A stretch of DNA of 64,000 nt, from NCBI GenBank assembly GCA_963754775.1, contig CAVWHM010000045.1, positions 134,494-198,493 of the forward strand, in the 5' to 3' direction. The stretch's first letter is position 1. The number at the start of each line of letters is the position of its first letter. A program made the translations under genes and the position numbers. Shown here in pieces: positions 61,681 through 64,000 of this stretch. Under the pieces are notes generated by a model. It saw nothing but the letters and a program-made list of their open reading frames with translations, did no database searches and was not told the origin of the DNA. This DNA is from an uncultured Verrucomicrobiae bacterium (lineage in GTDB: Bacteria > Verrucomicrobiota > Verrucomicrobiia > Limisphaerales > UBA11358).

Positions 61681-63408
61681 GTGAACGACGAACTTTCCAG
61701 ACTGCGGTCGCGTTATGAGCGGCTCAATCTGCTCTACCAGGTGAGCAATGTCATTCACTCGACACTTGAGCCGCAGGAAGCGTTGCAGTTGATCGTGAGC
61801 GAAGCGGTGCGACTCATGCGTGCCTCGAGCGGTTCGGTCGTCTTGATCAACCCCACGACCGGCTTTCTGGAAATCCACGCCTCACAACATCTGCCGGCAT
61901 CGGCGGCGCGGCTCAAATTGCGCGTCGGTGAAGGCATCACCGGTTGGGTGGCGCGCGCCGGCAAACCCGCGCGGGTCGGTGACGTGGCACAGGACCCGCG
62001 CTATGTTGCTGCGCGGCGTGGTGTGCGTTCGGAATTGGCCGTGCCACTGGAGGTCAACGGTGAGGTGCGCGGTGTGCTGAATGTGGATTCGGACCGGACA
62101 AATGCCTTCAGTCCGGACGATCAGGAATTGCTTCAAGAGCTTGCGGTGCAAGCGGCCAAGGTGATTCACAACACCTGGCTTTACGAGCAATTACGCCTGA
62201 AGGCGGGCTTGTTCGAGTCACTCGCCAGCGTGAGCCGGACGATCAATTCCACGCTGAATCTGGACGAGGCGTTGCGTGCCGTTACGCGCGAGGCATGCCT
62301 GCTGATGCGCGCGCGAATGTGTTCGTTAATGATGCTCGATGAAACCCACGAGTGGCTCAATCTGCGTGCCAGCTACGGTGCGGGCGAAGCTTACCTCAAC
62401 AAACCGCGTTTGAGCGTTGAGGAAAGCCTGCTCGGCGTCGTCGTGCGCCGCAAAAAGCCGCTACAGGTGGAAAATGTCCAGACGTCCAACCGTTATCAGA
62501 ACGTCGAAGTCGCGCGGCGCGAAGGGCTGATTTCGTTATTGAGCGTCCCCCTGTTGTTTGCCGGGCAGGTAACGGGCGCACTGAACGTTTACACCGGCCG
62601 GCCATACAGTTTTTCCAACGAAGAAATTCGCATATTAAGCGCGCTGGCGGAATTGTCCGGGATCGCCATTGAAAAGGCGCGGCTTTACGAGCGCACCGTG
62701 GACGTCGAGGAACAGTTGCGGCAAAACGAAAAGCTTTCCGCGCTCGGCTTGCTCGCAGCCGAAGTCGCGCACGAAATCCGCAATCCGCTCACGGTGATGA
62801 AACTGCTGTATCACTCCCTGGATTTGAAATTCTCCGCTGGCGATCCACGAGCGAAGGACGCACGGCTGATTGAGGCAAAGATTGAGCATTTGAATAGAAT
62901 CGTAGAACAAATTCTCGCCTTCGCACGCACGACCGAACCGCAACTGGTGCCGGTGAATTTGAACGAATTAATTGACGAACTGGGTTTGCTGGTGCGGCAC
63001 AAGCTTGCCAATCAAAACATTGTATTCGTTCGCGCTCTACAGCCGGATTTGCCGACCGTGCCGGGTGATGCGCCACAATTGGAGCAGGCTTTTTTGAATC
63101 TGATTCTCAACGCCGCCGAGGCAATGCCGGACGGGGGCAGATTGACAATCAGGTCGCGCGCTATTCGGCTGCCACGCACCAGCATCCGCCCAACTCATGT
63201 GGCCTTGGAATTCAAGGACACCGGCAAAGGCATGAGTGAGGAATTGCAACGCCGCGCGTTCACTACCTTTTTGAAAACTACAAAGGCCAAAGGCACCGGA
63301 CTCGGTCTGGCCATCGTCGGCCGCATCATTGAAACGCACCGCGGCAACATTCGAATCAATTCCCGCCTTAATCACGGGACCATCATCACCGTCTCACTGC
63401 CAGTTTAG
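61681..63408 (+). CDS. Sensor histidine kinase with two GAF domains
   Basis: 575 aa. GTG start. GAF motifs (GEGITGWVARAGKP), H-box AEVAHEIRNPL, N/G boxes (LNLILNAAEAM, GTGLGLAIV). Confidence 0.85.
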   Translation: MNDELSRLRSRYERLNLLYQVSNVIHSTLEPQEALQLIVSEAVRLMRASSGSVVLINPTTGFLEIHASQHLPASAARLKLRVGEGITGWVARAGKPARVGDVAQDPRYVAARRGVRSELAVPLEVNGEVRGVLNVDSDRTNAFSPDDQELLQELAVQAAKVIHNTWLYEQLRLKAGLFESLASVSRTINSTLNLDEALRAVTREACLLMRARMCSLMMLDETHEWLNLRASYGAGEAYLNKPRLSVEESLLGVVVRRKKPLQVENVQTSNRYQNVEVARREGLISLLSVPLLFAGQVTGALNVYTGRPYSFSNEEIRILSALAELSGIAIEKARLYERTVDVEEQLRQNEKLSALGLLAAEVAHEIRNPLTVMKLLYHSLDLKFSAGDPRAKDARLIEAKIEHLNRIVEQILAFARTTEPQLVPVNLNELIDELGLLVRHKLANQNIVFVRALQPDLPTVPGDAPQLEQAFLNLILNAAEAMPDGGRLTIRSRAIRLPRTSIRPTHVALEFKDTGKGMSEELQRRAFTTFLKTTKAKGTGLGLAIVGRIIETHRGNIRINSRLNHGTIITVSLPV

Positions 63409-63551
63409 CCGGCCGAAGGCTTGATTCCATTCCTTCCGGGCTCCCGGGTTCCGCCAAATGTCGGGCAAGGTACTCATTGCGAAATCATTGCCACGCGCTA
63501 TTTTCTTGCCAGACTCGGTCGGCGGGTTTATCCGACCAAGTTTCTGATTTT

Positions 63552-64000
63552 ATGAAATGTTCTAAGCTGGAGTGGTGGAAACGATTCCAAAAGTACTACA
63601 CTGAGTTTCCTGAACTCGGTTTGACGTTAGATTTGAGCCGGATGAATGTGGATGATGCTTTCTTCGCAGCGATGGAGCCGCGAATGCAGCAGGCATTCCT
63701 GGACATGGCCAAATTGGAAAAGGGGGCTATCGCCAATCCGGACGAAAACCGTATGGTGGGACACTATTGGCTACGCAATCCCGCGCTCGCACCGACACTT
63801 GAAATTCGCAAAGAAATTGAAGAAACAATTCTTAAAATAAAGGCGTTTTCCGCTAAAGTTCATGCCGGCAATATTCGCCCTCGGGGTGGGGCCTTCAAAA
63901 ACTATCTTCTGATCGGCATTGGTGGCTCCGCTCTGGGCCCGCAATTTGTAGCCCATGCGCTTGGCGACCCACGGACAGACAAACTTAAACCGTTTTTTTT
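63552..64000 (+). CDS. pgi: Glucose-6-phosphate isomerase (3' end off window)
   Basis: Frame is open from ATG 63552 to the window end; it is not in the ORF track because it has no stop. NRMVGHYWLRNP and LLIGIGGSALGPQF are PGI signatures. Confidence 0.8.
   Translation, partial: MKCSKLEWWKRFQKYYTEFPELGLTLDLSRMNVDDAFFAAMEPRMQQAFLDMAKLEKGAIANPDENRMVGHYWLRNPALAPTLEIRKEIEETILKIKAFSAKVHAGNIRPRGGAFKNYLLIGIGGSALGPQFVAHALGDPRTDKLKPFF

Overview
High-GC bacterial chromosomal segment, probably from a Verrucomicrobia/Planctomycetes-type (PVC) genome; this is inferred from an HX9DG prepilin-like protein, a PSCyt1 cytochrome domain and lineage-typical repeats. Most of it is housekeeping. It holds a near-complete complex I operon on the minus strand (nuoB-C-D, two inserted genes, nuoE, an antisense tRNA-Gln, nuoF to nuoN; no nuoA). 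Other core genes: metK-ahcY with a divergent SahR-like regulator, an unusually long leuS, a MacAB-like efflux set, nadC-birA-coaX, hisC, pta, pyk, ubiE, an LptF/G permease, a GAF histidine kinase, partial pgi, two ECF sigma modules, and tRNA-Gln, tRNA-Gly and tRNA-Lys. Items worth a second look: (1) a lipoprotein multihaem cytochrome gene overlapping a gene for a cytochrome-c-fused giant beta-barrel, a candidate outer-membrane electron conduit; (2) a 3.2-kb low-GC element flanked by 33-bp direct repeats of the tRNA-Gly 3' end, encoding a HUH Rep but no integrase; (3) an IF3 N-terminal-domain-like insertion in the LeuRS editing domain; (4) many locus-specific 7-nt-periodic tandem repeats and hairpins, some in frame inside essential genes; (5) clustered frameshifts, many at short homopolymers, in the alpha-galactosidase, alpha/beta hydrolase, nuoL, hisC, nadC, lemA, birA and a secreted protein gene. 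These could be assembly errors or real decay. No rRNA, CRISPR array, transposase or integrase was seen.
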